A program made the position numbers and the translations under genes. A stretch of 64,000 bases of DNA from a virus. Location: positions 64,001-128,000 of IMG/VR virus record IMGVR_UViG_3300010354_000045; one strand, given 5' to 3'. Positions 1 to 15,100 of this stretch are shown here, piece after piece (positions within the stretch are counted from its first letter, which is position 1; the number at the start of each line of letters is the position of its first letter). Under the pieces are notes generated by a model. The model was given only the letters and a program-made list of their open reading frames with translations, did not search any database and was not told the DNA's origin.

Positions 1-1
1 A

Positions 2-3000
2 AGAAATATTGCAGCTAAAGGTTTATTAAAGTTTACTGCTGTTTCAACAACTCAAAATGTAATAGATTCAAACGGTCGCAACCTATCCGGGCAGGTAGTG
101 TCATGGAACGATCCTAGTAATGTTAATTGGTATGACCAATTTATAAAAATAATAAATGCAGCTATGGATCCAAATCAACAATTTGGAAATCCTAGCGATA
201 AATCCACCATTTACGGAATACCTTCAGAGCAGTATAGATTTAACTCATCTAATAACAATATTCCTGTGTTTGGATTTACAAAATCAATTGCAGGTCGTTC
301 AATGAATTTTGAAATTACCAGCACAAGTTTTAAAGGTCAAAATTACATTTACGAAGAATCTCCTAAGATAGGTAATCCTATGGCCTGTGTTTATAGAAAC
401 GACGGCCGCGGTCCCTCAAGCGCCGGAACTGGTTTTTTTGTTAATTTTACACAAGGTACATTAAATCAGGGAACTTTTACTATTAGCCAGCCTAGCAGTA
501 ATGAATCAGTAGACATCGATAGTCAAGGCATTAATAATACAGATGTTTGGTTATACAGATTAGATAAAGACGGTAACGAGTCAGAAGAATGGACTAAAGT
601 TCCTAGTTTTGAAGGCAATAACATTATATACAATAGTTTAAATAAAAATATAAGAAATATTTTTAATGTTGTTACTAGAGTAAACGATGCTATCAGTCTA
701 TCCTTTAGCGACGGAACTTTTGGTAATTTGCCACTAGGCACTTTTAGAACATATTATAGAGTGTCAAATGGCCTAAGTTATACGATTAATACTCAAGATA
801 TTAGAAATGTAGCTATATCTATTCCTTATGTTTCTGCACAGGGACAGCCTGAAACATTATCGATTACGCTTTCTTTAGCATCATCTATTTCTAATTCTGA
901 ACCAGCTGAAACAAACGATAGTATTAAGAGTAACGCACCTCAGACATATTATACTCAGAATAGAATGATAACTGGTGAGGATTACAATATTAGTCCCTTA
1001 TCAAGTAGTCAACAAGTTTTAAAAGTTAAAGCAGTTAATAGAACTAGTTCTGGTATAAGTCGTTATTTTGATTTAATTGACCCAACAGGCAAGTATAGTT
1101 CTACAAATTTATTTGCTGATGACGGTGTCATTTATAAAGAAGTTTATACTGCTACTAATAGATTTTCTTATGTAAGTAAGACTGATATTGAGGGTGTAAT
1201 TTATAACGATGTTTATTCTATATTAAAAAAACAAGAGTTGAAAAATTTTTATTATTCAAATTACATTAGTTATGTTAGTGCAAGTTTAGATACTTATTGG
1301 TTTAATGTTACAACAGATAGTCTATCGTCATCGGGTTATATAGGATCATTAACTGATTCAACAGTCTATAAAGTTGGCGGATTTACCACAACTGAATTAA
1401 AATATTTAACAGTGGGGTCGTTAATAAAATTCTCTGCACCAACAGGTTATTATTTTGACACACTTAATTTAAATAAGCTTGTTTTTGGATCTAGTGCAAA
1501 TATACTCGGAGCAGTGACAAGTTTGTGGGCATCTGTAGTTTCTGTTGAAACCGACGGTACTGCTAACGGTACAGGCAAACTAAGCTCAGGTACAGGCCCA
1601 ATTGTTTTAAATATACCTTTGCCAGGCGGGTCTTCAGCAGCACCTAAAATAGAACAAATTATTCCAAGGTGGAGAACTATTATTGATAATAGTGTTATTA
1701 CTGCAATGATAGATCTAATATTTGCTAATAAACCATTTGGTCTTAGATATGATGCTAAAAATCAAAAATGGTCTATTATCTTTGAATCAAACTTAGATGC
1801 ATATTCTAATTTTAGTTTAGGTAAAGAAGGCGACTCAACTAACCAACAACAAGATTCTAGTTGGTTGTTGTTGTTTACAACTGATAACGAATTCTACACA
1901 GTAACTAGCAGAGAGCAACGATATGTGTTTGAAAGTGACAAGCAAATAAAATTTTATTTTGACAGTGCAAATAAAATTTATGACAGCAGATCAAATCAAG
2001 TAGTAAAAGACTCGATTAATATATTAGGCATTAATACATTAAATCAATCTACACAGAGTTTTACTACAGATTTTAAATGGGAAATTATTAATTCATTTAT
2101 TGGGTTAGATGGATATGTAGATAATAAAAAAATAGTCGTGTCGTTTGCTGATTCTGACAATAATAGCGTAGTTGATGATCCTGAATTGTTTAATAAAATC
2201 GTCGATCCAACTAATAATGCTGTTTTGTTAAAAAACAAATATATTGTTTTAGAAAAATATTTAATTTCATTAGGACAAGAAGATTACAAATATTTTGATA
2301 ACAGTTCTAATCATATCTTAATTAAAGAAAATCAAGCTGCGGTAATAGGTACAGAAAAAATAACTGGAACATATTTTTATTTTATAGATACAAATACTGT
2401 TGTTAGATACGATGCTACAAAAATAAATCCGTATGTTCCTACTTTAGATTATAAAGTTTATCAGGGTAGGGATAAGTTAAAATTTCAGTATATTCATAAT
2501 TCAGATTATGAATCAAGAATTGATCCTAGTATCAGTAACATAATTGATATTTTTGTCTTATCAAAAGGATATGATACACAGTTTAGACAGTGGTTATCGG
2601 GAAGTCTTACAACAAAACCTCTTCCGCCTAGCACAGATGAACTGTATAACATATTATCTCCAAATTTAAATTTAATAAAATCAGTCAGTGATGAAATAGT
2701 ATATCATCCTGCAAATTATTCTGTTTTATTTGGTAGTCAAGCAGACAGTAACTTACAAGCTACTTTTAAAGTAACAAAAGCAATAGGTCAAGTTATTTCA
2801 GATAATGATATCAAGTCTAAAGTAATTACGGCAATTAATGAATTTTTTGCTTTAGAAAATTGGGATTTTGGTGACACTTTTTATTTTAGTGAACTATCTG
2901 CTTATGTTATGAAAGAGCTATCCCCAAGTATTTCAAATTTTGTTATAGTTCCAAAACAAACAGGTTTAAATTTCGGTAGTCTATTTGAAATAAAAAGTGC

Positions 3001-3163
3001 AAGTGATCAATTATTTGTTAACGGAGCAACAGTAGATGACATTGAAATTATATCGGGCATCACATCCAGTAACATCAAATCTGTAAGTAACACAACAATA
3101 ATGTCAAATTCAGAAAGCCAGCAAACAGTAACAAGTTCAACTTATGGAGTAACAAATGGCTGA
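2..3163 (+). CDS. Baseplate wedge protein (T4 gp6-like), 5'-truncated by the window edge
   Basis: Frame is open from position 2 (RNIAAKGLLKF...), upstream of the tracked GTG at 98. Contains FSDGTFGNLP and NAPQTYYTQNRMITGEDY (gp6/BaseplateJ-like Q-x-R-x-x-T-x-x-DY) and C-terminal FFALENWDFGDTFYFSEL. Confidence 0.75.
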   Translation, partial: RNIAAKGLLKFTAVSTTQNVIDSNGRNLSGQVVSWNDPSNVNWYDQFIKIINAAMDPNQQFGNPSDKSTIYGIPSEQYRFNSSNNNIPVFGFTKSIAGRSMNFEITSTSFKGQNYIYEESPKIGNPMACVYRNDGRGPSSAGTGFFVNFTQGTLNQGTFTISQPSSNESVDIDSQGINNTDVWLYRLDKDGNESEEWTKVPSFEGNNIIYNSLNKNIRNIFNVVTRVNDAISLSFSDGTFGNLPLGTFRTYYRVSNGLSYTINTQDIRNVAISIPYVSAQGQPETLSITLSLASSISNSEPAETNDSIKSNAPQTYYTQNRMITGEDYNISPLSSSQQVLKVKAVNRTSSGISRYFDLIDPTGKYSSTNLFADDGVIYKEVYTATNRFSYVSKTDIEGVIYNDVYSILKKQELKNFYYSNYISYVSASLDTYWFNVTTDSLSSSGYIGSLTDSTVYKVGGFTTTELKYLTVGSLIKFSAPTGYYFDTLNLNKLVFGSSANILGAVTSLWASVVSVETDGTANGTGKLSSGTGPIVLNIPLPGGSSAAPKIEQIIPRWRTIIDNSVITAMIDLIFANKPFGLRYDAKNQKWSIIFESNLDAYSNFSLGKEGDSTNQQQDSSWLLLFTTDNEFYTVTSREQRYVFESDKQIKFYFDSANKIYDSRSNQVVKDSINILGINTLNQSTQSFTTDFKWEIINSFIGLDGYVDNKKIVVSFADSDNNSVVDDPELFNKIVDPTNNAVLLKNKYIVLEKYLISLGQEDYKYFDNSSNHILIKENQAAVIGTEKITGTYFYFIDTNTVVRYDATKINPYVPTLDYKVYQGRDKLKFQYIHNSDYESRIDPSISNIIDIFVLSKGYDTQFRQWLSGSLTTKPLPPSTDELYNILSPNLNLIKSVSDEIVYHPANYSVLFGSQADSNLQATFKVTKAIGQVISDNDIKSKVITAINEFFALENWDFGDTFYFSELSAYVMKELSPSISNFVIVPKQTGLNFGSLFEIKSASDQLFVNGATVDDIEIISGITSSNIKSVSNTTIMSNSESQQTVTSSTYGVTNG

Positions 3164-6100
3164 TAATGTCAATCCATATGAAGGTAAAGTATCAAGTTCA
3201 AATTTCTTACCAAGATTTTATAAAACTGATTCTAATAAAAAGTTTTTAAATGCAACCCTTGACCAATTAATACAACCAGGGCAAGTAAAAAAAATTAATG
3301 GATTTGTCGGTAGACAAAATTCAAAATCAACAGTTAAGTCAGACATTTTCTTAAATGCTCCAACCTCCACTAGACAAAATTATCAATTTGAGCCAGGTGC
3401 AGTCATTAAAGACGATCTAGGCAATACAACATTTTTTAAAGATTACCAAGACTATATTAATCAGTTGTCAGTGTTTGGTGCTAATGTTACTAATCATTCT
3501 AGATTAAATAGCCAAGAATTTTATAGCTGGGATCCACATATTGACTGGGATAAGTTTATTAATTTTCAAAATTATTATTGGCTACCTTACGGACCTGATA
3601 CAATTAAAATTTATGGCAAAGAACAAGAAGTTGCTAGTACATATTCAGTTTACGTAGAATCTCAAGGCGATGCCAATGCTTATATATTTCTTCCAGACGG
3701 TGTGACTAGAAATCCGACAATAAAATTATACAGAGGAAAGACATATACGTTTAGCATTAATAGCCCTGGAAATCCTTTTAGTTTTAAGACTGTAAGAACA
3801 CCGGGAAATCTTGATAGATATGTGACTTCAGGTCTTACAGGCGTTGCAGTTGAATCCGGATTAATTACTTTTAATATTCCAGTTAATTGTCCTGATATTT
3901 TATATTATGTCAGTGAAAATGATGTAGACTTAGGTGGCACAGTACATATTTTATCTGAAAATGAAAATACATATATTGATGTTAACAAAGAAGTACTTGG
4001 CAAAAAAACATACACATTAAAAGACGGAACAAAACTCAGTAACGGTATGAAAGTATCGTTTGGCGGCAACGTATTTCCTGTCAATTATGCCAGTGGTGAA
4101 TATTACGTAGAGGGTGTCGGGGCTGCAATTAAATTAGTTAACGATCAACTTTTAAATTTTGTTAGTTCGTATACGATTACTAAATCAATACCTTTTGAAT
4201 CTGAGCCATATGGCCAAGGTGCGTTTAGTGATACAACTGCTTATGCTGGAGTTCTCGACTATATTGTAATTAATAGAGCTAGTAAAGATCGAAATCCTTG
4301 GTCTAGGCATAACAGATGGGTTCATAAAAACGTAATAGATGCTAGCGCAAAGTTCAATGGAAAAGTTGCTGACATTGATCAATCTTTTAGAGCAGTAAGA
4401 CCTATTATTGAGTTTGAAGCAGATCTTAGACTGTACAATTTTGGTACAGTATCAGCAGGTGAAGTAGATTTGATAGATACTTACACTAAAGATGTTTTTT
4501 CAACAATAGAAGGCACTGCTGGATATAATATAGACGGTGTATCATTAGCGGCTGGACAAAGAATATTGTTTGTAGCCGATACTGACTCTTTCGTAAAAAA
4601 TAAAATTTTTAGAGTCGAGTTCATTGATGTTCAACATTTGTCTAATGGTAGTAGACAAATACATTTAGTATTAGAAGCTGAACCAGAAGTAGATCAGACT
4701 GTTCTAGTTAAACAAGGCACTATTAATCAAAATAAAACATTTTGGTATAATGGCACAGACTGGAAAGAAGGACAACAAAAACTTGCTCCTAATCAGCCAC
4801 CGTTATTTGATGTAGTTGATCAAGATGGTATTAGTTTTGGCAATGCAGAAACATATAATGGAACTAGTTTTACAGGAACAAAATTATTTTCCTATAAAGT
4901 AGGAGCTAGTGGAATAACAGATTCTAAATTAGGATTTAAATTATCTTATAAAAATATTTCTAACTTTGGTGATATAGTTTTTAGTTTTAATTTATTGTCG
5001 GATACTTTTCAATATAAAGAATCAGTTGATGTGTTTACAAAAAGTATTAGCACTGGGTATCTTTCAAAATTAAATGTAACTAACAATATAGTTTATGTTA
5101 ACGGCTGGCAAACTAGCGATGTATCAAGATCGCAAGCTGCCGTAAGAATATTTAAAAATTCGACATTAACAAACAATTTTGATATTGATATTTTTGATGA
5201 TATCAATGATTTAGATGACTTAATTGTAAAAGTCTACATTAACGGCATCAGGCTCGATAGTTCTAAATGGTCTATAGTAAACGGTAATGTTTATAAAAAG
5301 ATAGTTTTAGATCATGATATAGGATCGAATGATGTATTGTCATTAAGGGCATTTGCTAAACAACCAATTAATAATAACGGGTATTATGAAATACCTATTA
5401 ATCTGCAAAATAATCCTTTAAACAGTCAACTTGAAGAATTTACTTTAGGAGAAGTAAGTGACCATGTAAATTCTATCGTAGAAAATCTTAACGATTTTAG
5501 TGGAGTATTCCCAGGAGAAAGTAACATAAGAGATCTTGGAAATATAACTTGTTTTGGCACAAAATTTATTCAGCACAGTGGACCTGCAGGGCTATCTCTT
5601 TATCATATTACATCTCAAGATAATAATGTTATTAGAGCAATAGAAAAATCTAGAGATGATTATAATACATTTAAAAGAAATTTTATTTCTATAGCAAATT
5701 CTTTAGGGTTGGACGCATCACCTGAATTACAAGTAAATGAAATATTACGAATTTTAAACAAAGATAAACCAAAAGAATCACCTTATTATTTTAGTGATAT
5801 GGTTCCGTATACTGGGTGTGTTAAAAAAATATTTACTATTGCAGATCCAAGAATTAAAACATATCCTTTGGTAACTGTATTTGATTTAACTTCTTTATCT
5901 AATAAATCGGTTATTGTTTACTTAAATGATAATCAACTGCTGTACGGAAAAGAATACGATTTTGATAACCAAGGATTTGTTGTTATTAAGGCCAACATGT
6001 CTGTTGATGACAAATTAACAGTTTGTGAATACGAAACAACTGACGGCTCTTTTGTGCCAGAAACTCCTACAAAATTAGGAATTTGGCCAAAGTATGAACC

Positions 6101-9100
6101 AAAGATTTATAAAGATACAACATTAGTAACACCGCGTTGGATGATACAAGGCCATGACGGAAGCCAGGTGCTAGCTTATGGGAATTATGATCAGGGTGGT
6201 CTACCTGATTTTAGAGATGCTTTAATTTTAGAATTAGAAAAACGTATTTTTAATAACATTAAAGTTAATTACGATTCTAAAATATTTGATATCTTTGATA
6301 TTATTCCAAGTTATAACAGACAGACAGAATATTCCTTAGAAGAATTTAATGAAATTCTAGCACCTAGTTTTTATAAATGGACAACGTTAATAGACAGAGA
6401 TTTTACTAAACCATTAACTTTTGATAGAAATAATCCACAGACTTTTAATTATAAAGGTCACGTCGCACCTGACGGCAGAGTAGTTCCAGGATACTGGAGA
6501 GGAATTTATAGGTGGATTTATGACACCGATCGCCCAAATCTTTGTCCATGGGAAATGCTAGGTTTTACATTAGAACCAAGTTGGTGGATTGATCAGTACG
6601 GGCCTGCTCCGTATACTAAAGACAATCTAATTATGTGGCAGGATATTTCAGAAGGTATTGTTAGAGAACCCGGTAAACCTGAGATACGACTTACAAAATT
6701 TGCCAAACCATTTTTAATGAAGCATATTCCGGCGGATGAAAATGGATTGTTGTTGAGTCCGATTATTTCAGGAGTTGCTCAGGGAATAATATCTCAATCT
6801 ACAGGAGGCGATTTTATATTTGGTGATGTTAGCCCTATCGAAGGAGCGTGGAGAAGAAGTAGTCATTATCCGTTTAGTGTTCTAATAACATCATTGCTAA
6901 TGTTTCCATCAAAAGTATTTGGAGCATTACTAGATAGATCTAGAGTAGTTAGGAATAAAACTAATCAGTTAGTTTATTCAGAAACTCAGTTAAGAATAAC
7001 ACCAAAGAGTGTAGTATTACCTAATATCTATTCTAGTGATAAGAGGTTGCAAACTTCGGGGATTATTAACTATATTATAAATTATATTATAAGTGATAAT
7101 TTAAAATCTTATAAATCATATAGATATGATTTAGATAATATTAATTTTAATTTAAGTTATCGACTTGCAGGTTTTAGTAGTAAAGAAAAATTTAATCTTT
7201 TATTAGATTCTAGATCTCCTGCATCATCTGGCAGCGTATTTGTACCAAAAGAAAACTATAATTTAATATTAAATAGCTCGAGTCCTATTAAAAAAATAAC
7301 ATATAGTGGTGTTATAATAACAAAATTATATGACGGATTCGAAGTTAAAGGATATAGTCGAACACAACCATATTTTAAATATTATGAGTGGACTGATCCA
7401 GGATTAGAAATTAATATTGGCGGAATTTCAGAAACTTTTTCAGTCTGGACTTCGAATCAAAGATATTATCCTGGAAAAGTAGTACAGTACAATAATAGAT
7501 ATTATCGTGTTGTAGTTGATCACACATCAACCGCGTCCTTTGAATCAGAAAAATTCCAAATATTATCACAACTTCCTATCATAGGCGGTAAAACATCTTA
7601 CATCAGAAAAGGATGGGATAGGACATCTACCATAACAGTGCCTTACGGAACTAAATTTAGAACTATTCAAGAAATTGTTGATTTCTTATTAGGATACGGT
7701 GAGTGGTTAAAAGATCAAGGATTTGTTTTTGATGAGTTTAATAATAATATATCTACAATAACAAATTGGGAAACCAGTGCTAAAGAATTTTTATTCTGGA
7801 CTACTCAGAACTGGTCAGTGGGGCAAGATAAATGGAAAGAATGGTTACCAAATGCAGCAACCCCATATGAGTCTATTGTAAGATATAATGGAGATTATTA
7901 TAGAGCAATTAGGCTATCGCCACCTAGTGAAACATTTATTCAAGATGATTTTGTAAAGTTAGATGGTCTAAGCACAATCGGTAGTAGCGTTATTAGTCTT
8001 AGTCCAGCCGCCGCAAAATTAATATTTGAAACAGAATATTCTGTTGTTGATGATATTAAAAATCAATTTAATGGATATGAAATTTTTAAAGTAGATGGCA
8101 CTCCTATTGAACCTAAATTTTTAAACTCTTACAGAGAAGATAATGCTGTTAGTTATTCTCCACAAGGTGATGACGGAATTTACGGTGCAACTTTTTATCT
8201 TGTACAAAAAGAACAAGTATTATTAGTTGATAATTCTACTATGTTTAATGATACTATCTATACTTTAGAAAGTGGTTATAAACAAGACAGAATAAAAGTT
8301 TCTGGTTATGTGAGCATAAACTGGGATGGATCGTTTAATGCCCCAGGATTTATCTTTGATCAAGGAAAAATCAGTAACTGGGAGTCATGGAAAGATTATG
8401 CGCTCGGCGACATAGTAAAGTATAAAGAGTTTTATTACAGTGCATTAAAATTCTTACCAGGATCAGAAACATTTGTTTCTTCGGATTGGGTAAAATTAGA
8501 ACAGACACCTGCACCCGCATTGTTACCAAACTGGAATTATAAAGCCAGCCAATTTGAAGATTTTTACAGTCTTGATAGCGACAATTTTGACTCAGGACAA
8601 CAAAAAGTAGCTCAACATTTAATAGGATATCAAAAACGTCAATATCTTGAAAACATCATTAAAGATGATGTAAGCGAATTTAAGTTCTATCAAGGAATGA
8701 TTATTGAAAAAGGGACTCAGAATGTTCTTAATAAACTTTTTGATGTTCTAAGTGCAGAGGGTGAAGAAAGTCTAAAATTTTATGAAGAATGGGCGTTGCG
8801 TGTTGGGCAGTACGGCGCCAGCGGCTCATTTGACAATATTGAGTTTGTGTTAAATGAGGACCTGTTTAAAAATAATCCTCAAGGATTTGAATTAGTAAAA
8901 CAGATTGATAAAAACAAAGTTGATTTTGTAATTAGACAAACACCTAACGATGTCTACTTAAAACCTTTAGGGTACAACTCTAATCCATGGCCAGAATTAA
9001 AAACTTATAATTCATTTTTAAGATCTGCAGGTCATGTAAGACAAGATGAAGTTTTAATGACAGTTAAATCTTTAAACGATTTGTTGTCTTCTGATATTAC

Positions 9101-12100
9101 AAAATTTACAGACGGTGATTGTGTTTGGTGCACCTTTGATAAAGATTCTTGGAATGTTTATAGATATACAAATACAAATTATGTAGTGAAAGATGCAGTA
9201 TATAATTCTTCTCTCAAACAAGTTATATTAACCATTGACGGTGTTGTTAATCAAATAGTTGGCGATTATCTAGGAATAGATAATGTCACTGGGTTTAGCG
9301 GGTTTTACAAAGTTGAATCTGTTACTGTTAATACAATAAACTTGTCTACTACAAAATCAGTATCAATTGCCAGTCCGTTCATCGAACAAAATAAAATTAT
9401 TATTTCTAAGTTTGTATCTCAACGTGTTTCTACAATTGACAACATTGATTCTGCAATAAGTAGTAAGTTAAAAACAGGTGATTTAATATGGGCCGACGCT
9501 CACTCGTCTAATTTTTGGACCACATGGGAATACAAGGCTGTTTATAGTTCAGGAGCCTTATCTGCTCCAGAATTTACTGATAGATTAAATTTTGGTAAAA
9601 ATATTTCTGTTAATACTGCCGGAACAGTCCTTGCATCTCAAGTAAGCTCGGGGCAAGTATATGTTTTTAACAAAGCAGGTATTTCAACACCTTGGATACA
9701 AAAACAAGTATTGTCTAAAATTTATTCTGGCACTACGTCTGCAATAGACATAGCAACGGTGTTATCAATAAGTCCTCGGGGCACTTGGTTAGTTACTGGC
9801 ACACCAACAGCTAGTCAAGTTAAAACAACAACATTGGGAACATTAGTAATTGCTAGTGAAACAGGTTCTAATAATTTGCTAAACAATCACGGAGCAGTCT
9901 CAATATATCAACGAGATGTTAACGGTTTTTACACTTTAATAGCAACTGTATTAAATTCTACACCAACAGATGGTGAAAAATTTGGAAGCAGTATTGTAGT
10001 TTCGGAGGAAGTAATTTATATTGGGGCTCCTGGAACAAACAAAGTATGCAAATTAATTTATAACGGAACTAGTTGGAATTATAGCACAGTAATTTCAGGA
10101 ACAGGAACTAACTTTGGATATAAGTTGGCTCTCAGCTACGATGTATCTACATTAGCAGTATCGTCATTTAATCAAGATTCTGGAGTGGTAAGAGTTTATA
10201 AAAATGACACTTTAGAGGATACTATTAGTACTCCTAGCAGTACTTTACAAAATAAATTTGGTTTAAGTATAACATTAAATGATGACGGCTCATATATTGC
10301 AATTGCTGATCCTGAAGATGAATCAGCAAATTCTGTATTAGTCAATCAAGGTGCAGTTTTTGCATATAGATACAACACAATAACATCGTCGTACGAATTA
10401 TATCAACGGCTAGTAAATTATAATACAGAAGGTGCTCAGTTTTTTGGAACTACTATAAGTTTTATGAATAATGATAAAACTTTAGTAATTTATAGTTCTA
10501 ACGCTGACAGTAGATCCTTTACTATATTTGATGCGAATTCAACTACATTTGATTCAGAACAAACTGAATTTGTAGAAAGACAACCAGATAGTGGCAGAGT
10601 TGATATCTACGACATGTATTTGACTAAATGGGTTTACAGTGAAAGTCTAAATAATCCTGGCAATAATACTGACGGTTTTGCAGTAGGTTTTTCTGTAGCG
10701 TCAAATAATATTATTTTAGGATCTCCTTATTCAATTACACAAGGATTGATTACTGGAAAAATTTATTCATACACAAAAAATGTTGGCGACTATTCTTGGA
10801 ATAAAAAACATTACGAAATTAGTAAGCCTGACGTATCAAAAATAAAAAGAGTTTTCTTATATAATAAGCGAGAAAACAATCTTTTAGATTACTTAGATAC
10901 CGTTGATCCTAATCAAGGAAAAATACCGGGTATTGCAGAAAAAGAAATAAAATATAAAACTTTTTATGATCCTGCCATTTACTCTTTAGGAACATCTTTA
11001 GTCAACGTTGACGAAGGTGCTGCTTGGGGTAAAGAACAAGTTGGTGCCTTATGGTGGGATTTAAGATCTGCAAAATTTATAAACAGTTATGATGCTGATG
11101 TTGTTTATAGAAATAATACATGGAATACGTTAGCAGTTGGTGCAAGTGTTGATGTATATGAATGGGTACAATCTACATTAAAACCATCAGAGTGGGATAA
11201 TCAATCAGATACTGAATCTGGAATTGCTTTGGGAATTAGTGGAACGTCTCTATACGGTGATTCTGTTTATGCTACTTCTATAAAATATGACAACATAAGT
11301 AAATCTAAAAAAACAACTTATTACTATTGGGTAAAAAATAAAAAAACTGTGCCTAACACATTAGGTAGATCTATGTCGGCCAGTGATGTATCTCTTTTAA
11401 TTTCTAATCCTAGAGGACAAGGATATAGACATATTGCATTTACAGGATTAAACTCGTTTAGTTTAGTTAATGTTAAAGAATTAGTAGTAGACAAAGATAC
11501 AATATTGTCTGTAGAATATTGGACTTCAATAAAAACAGATCAAAACATACATACTCACTGGACAATCGTAAGTGAAGATACTGTTAATTTACCATCGTCA
11601 GTGGAACAAAAATGGTTTGATAGCCTTTGCGGAAAAGATTCGTATGGTAGATTAGTCCCCGATACTTCATTACCTCCTAAGTTAAAATATGGTATTGAAA
11701 ATAGACCTCGTCAGGGAATTTTTGTTAACAGATTTGAAGCATTAAAACAATTTATTGAAAAAACTAATATTGAATTACTTTCTAGACAAGTTATAGGAAA
11801 TAAAGATATTTCTCCATTAGAGGAATATGACAAAGAACCTTCGTTAGTATCAGGACATTATGATGTTTCCGTTTTAACAGATGCTGAACTTTCATTTACT
11901 AGTTTATCATCTTTTACAAAACCAGTATTATCTCCAATTATTTCTAATGGCAGAATAACTGGAATTGATATAATTTCTTCGGGTAGCGGATATGTTGTAG
12001 CACCATATTTAGATATTTTTGGATCAGGTACTGGTGCAGTAATTAGATCTAAAATTAATACAAAAGGACAGATTGTAGGCGTAGATATAATTTCTTCAGG

Positions 12101-15100
12101 CTACGGTTATAATGATTCTACTACTGTTTCTGTAAGGAATTACTCAGTTTTAGTACAGGCCGACAGTCAAACATCTAATACCTGGGCAATTTATTCGTAT
12201 GACCCTAATTCATCTTCGTGGTCAAGATCTAGATCTCAAACTTATGATGTTCGCAAATATTGGTCGTATGTAGATTGGTATGCAAATGGATATAATCAAT
12301 TTACGGCTATTGATAGATTAGTTGATAATTTTTCTAATCTAATTGATCAAGATATTAAAATTGGTGAAACAATAAAAGTTACAACTACTAATTTAGGAAC
12401 ATGGGTTTTATTAGAAAAATATGCAAATTCAAATTCAGTTGACTGGACACAATCTTATAAAATTGTAGCTCAGGAAAAAGGTACAATACAGTTTAGTAAA
12501 TCTATTTACAGCTTCGAAGGAACTACTATTGGATACGACGGCGCCGCATACGACGGAAGTATTTTTGACAATGTTGCTTCATACGAACTTAGAATTATCT
12601 TAGATACTATTAAAAATAATATTTTTATAGATGATTTAAGATCAATTTATATGAGTTTGTTCTTTTCTAATGTTCGATATGCTCTTAGTGAACAATATTA
12701 CATTGATTGGATTTTTAAAACTAGCTTTGTTAAAGCAAAACATATTGTCGGCGGATTAAAAAATTCAGTTACATATCAAAACGACAACTTAGAAAATTTT
12801 GAAGATTATATTTTAGAAACAACTCCCTATAGAACAAAAGTGAGAGAGTTTGTAAGTTTATACTCTAAAACAGATCCTAGTCAAGTTTCAGTAACTGACT
12901 TTGATTTACAACCAATTTATGATAATAATACTAAACAATTAAAATCTATCGATTCTTTTGTATCAGCTACTGGTGAAATTAATGTCAGTGATTCAAGCAT
13001 AAATTTATATCCATGGAAACATTGGTTAGATAATGTGGGTTATAAAATTACAGAATTAAAAATTGTAGACAACGGATCTGGATACTTACTGCCACCGACA
13101 GTTACTATTGTTGGGGATGCTAAGATAAAAGCAACTGCTAGAGCATTTATTGCTAACGGGAAAGTCAATAGGATAGTTCTTCTAACATTCGGTGAAGGAT
13201 ATATAAAAGCTCCAACTGTTGTTATCGACGGCGGATTATCTACTAATGGAGTTAATGCTAGAGCCGTAGCAATAATTGGAAACGGTGTTGTAAGATCTAA
13301 TTTTATTAAAATAAAGTTTGATAGAATAACAAAAAATTATTTTATTACAAATTTACAAGAAACAGAAACATTTGCAGGTACCGGCTCAAGGAAACAGTTT
13401 AACTTAAAATGGGCCCCAGACACTCGAGTAACTGTTAGTTCTGTTGTAGTAGACGGGGTTGACGTATTAAGAGATGATTATACTTTATCATCAATTAAAA
13501 TTACTACAGCTACGGGCTATACTTCATATATCGGATCAATATTATTTGAAAATGCGCCTAGCTTAGGTTCATCTATTTCTGTAACATATATTAAAGATTG
13601 GGACATGCTTAATGCAGCCGATAGGATTCAATATTATTATAATCCGACTACAGGACAACTTGGAAAAGACTTATCACAACTAATGACTGGCATTGATTAC
13701 GGTGGTGTTATAGTTAATAGTTTAGGATTTGAAACCGGTTCGGGATGGGGATCTGGCGGATTTTATACTGATAAATGGGATTCCTATGATTCCACTTTTG
13801 ATGATTATATTACAACTACATCTGCAGGGCAGTATATTTTTACGTTACCGTATACTCCTCAAATAAACACAGTATTAAATGTCTATCATGCTAAGAATAG
13901 TTCAACAACAGTAATAGCTAATGGTACTCAGAAAGAGTATACTTTTGATTATAGAATAACAAGGCCTACAGTAACAGTTAGTAAATCTACAACAACTGCC
14001 GGAACAAATACGTCAGGATCTACTACTTTAACTTTATCTAGCACGGCTGGTATAGTTGCCGGAGACCTTGTAATAATGACAGTTAATTACAACAGTGTAA
14101 ATTATACACCTATTGTTTATGGAACAACTGTTAAATCTATTACAAATAGTACACAAATTATTTTAGATCAAATTATAACTAATTATGGACCTAACCCTCT
14201 AGCACCTCAAACAACAATACCGGCTGGGACCGCAGTTACTTTCATAAGAACATTAACTAGGGGAATCAATCTAGATATATTATCTAACGGAACAGCAATT
14301 CTTAAAGATATTCCGGTCAGCGGATCGTCTGTAACTATATCAGGTCTATTAACTCCTGTAAGAATAGATGATCCATTTTACGGAACCGTAAATCAAACAA
14401 ACCCAGCCGCAGTAATGCAGTCAATTCTAGCTACTGGCACTTCTAATCAAGTTTCGATACCTCAAACATATGTTGTTGCCAACGGTGATCAAATCATTAT
14501 TAGAAAAATTACCAGCGACGGTTCAGTAAAACCAAATGAAACAGATTATGATACATCATTAACTGGCGGAGAATTAGCAGAATATAGTTCGGCAACAGGA
14601 CTTGCTGCTGACGACATTATTGTTGATGGTGATGAATTTGTATCACCAATTAACAGTTCTGCACCAGAAGAAGTAGTACCCGGGCAGGTTGTTGACAGCG
14701 TTGCTATTAAAGTTTACGATAGACCTCAATCTGCATCAGTTACTGTACTTGTTGATAACTATTTTGGCAATGGATCAAATAAAACATTTGCAATTAGCCA
14801 GACTCTTAATAGCAATCAAGCAGTATTAGTTAAAGTTGGATCTTCAATTAAAACTATTGTTGATGATTATACAGTTGATTATTCAAAGAAAGAAATTAAT
14901 TTTGTCGTAGCACCTACAGCTAATAGTAGTGTTACTATAATTTCTTTTGGATTTGCAGGGCAAAATCTGTTAGATGTAGATTATTTTGTTGCTGATGGTA
15001 TAACAACAGAATTTATAACTAAAGCCCCGTGGTTATCTAGTGTTAATTCGTTAGTATACGTTAACGGAAATCAGACAACACCTCTTTTATTTAAAACAGA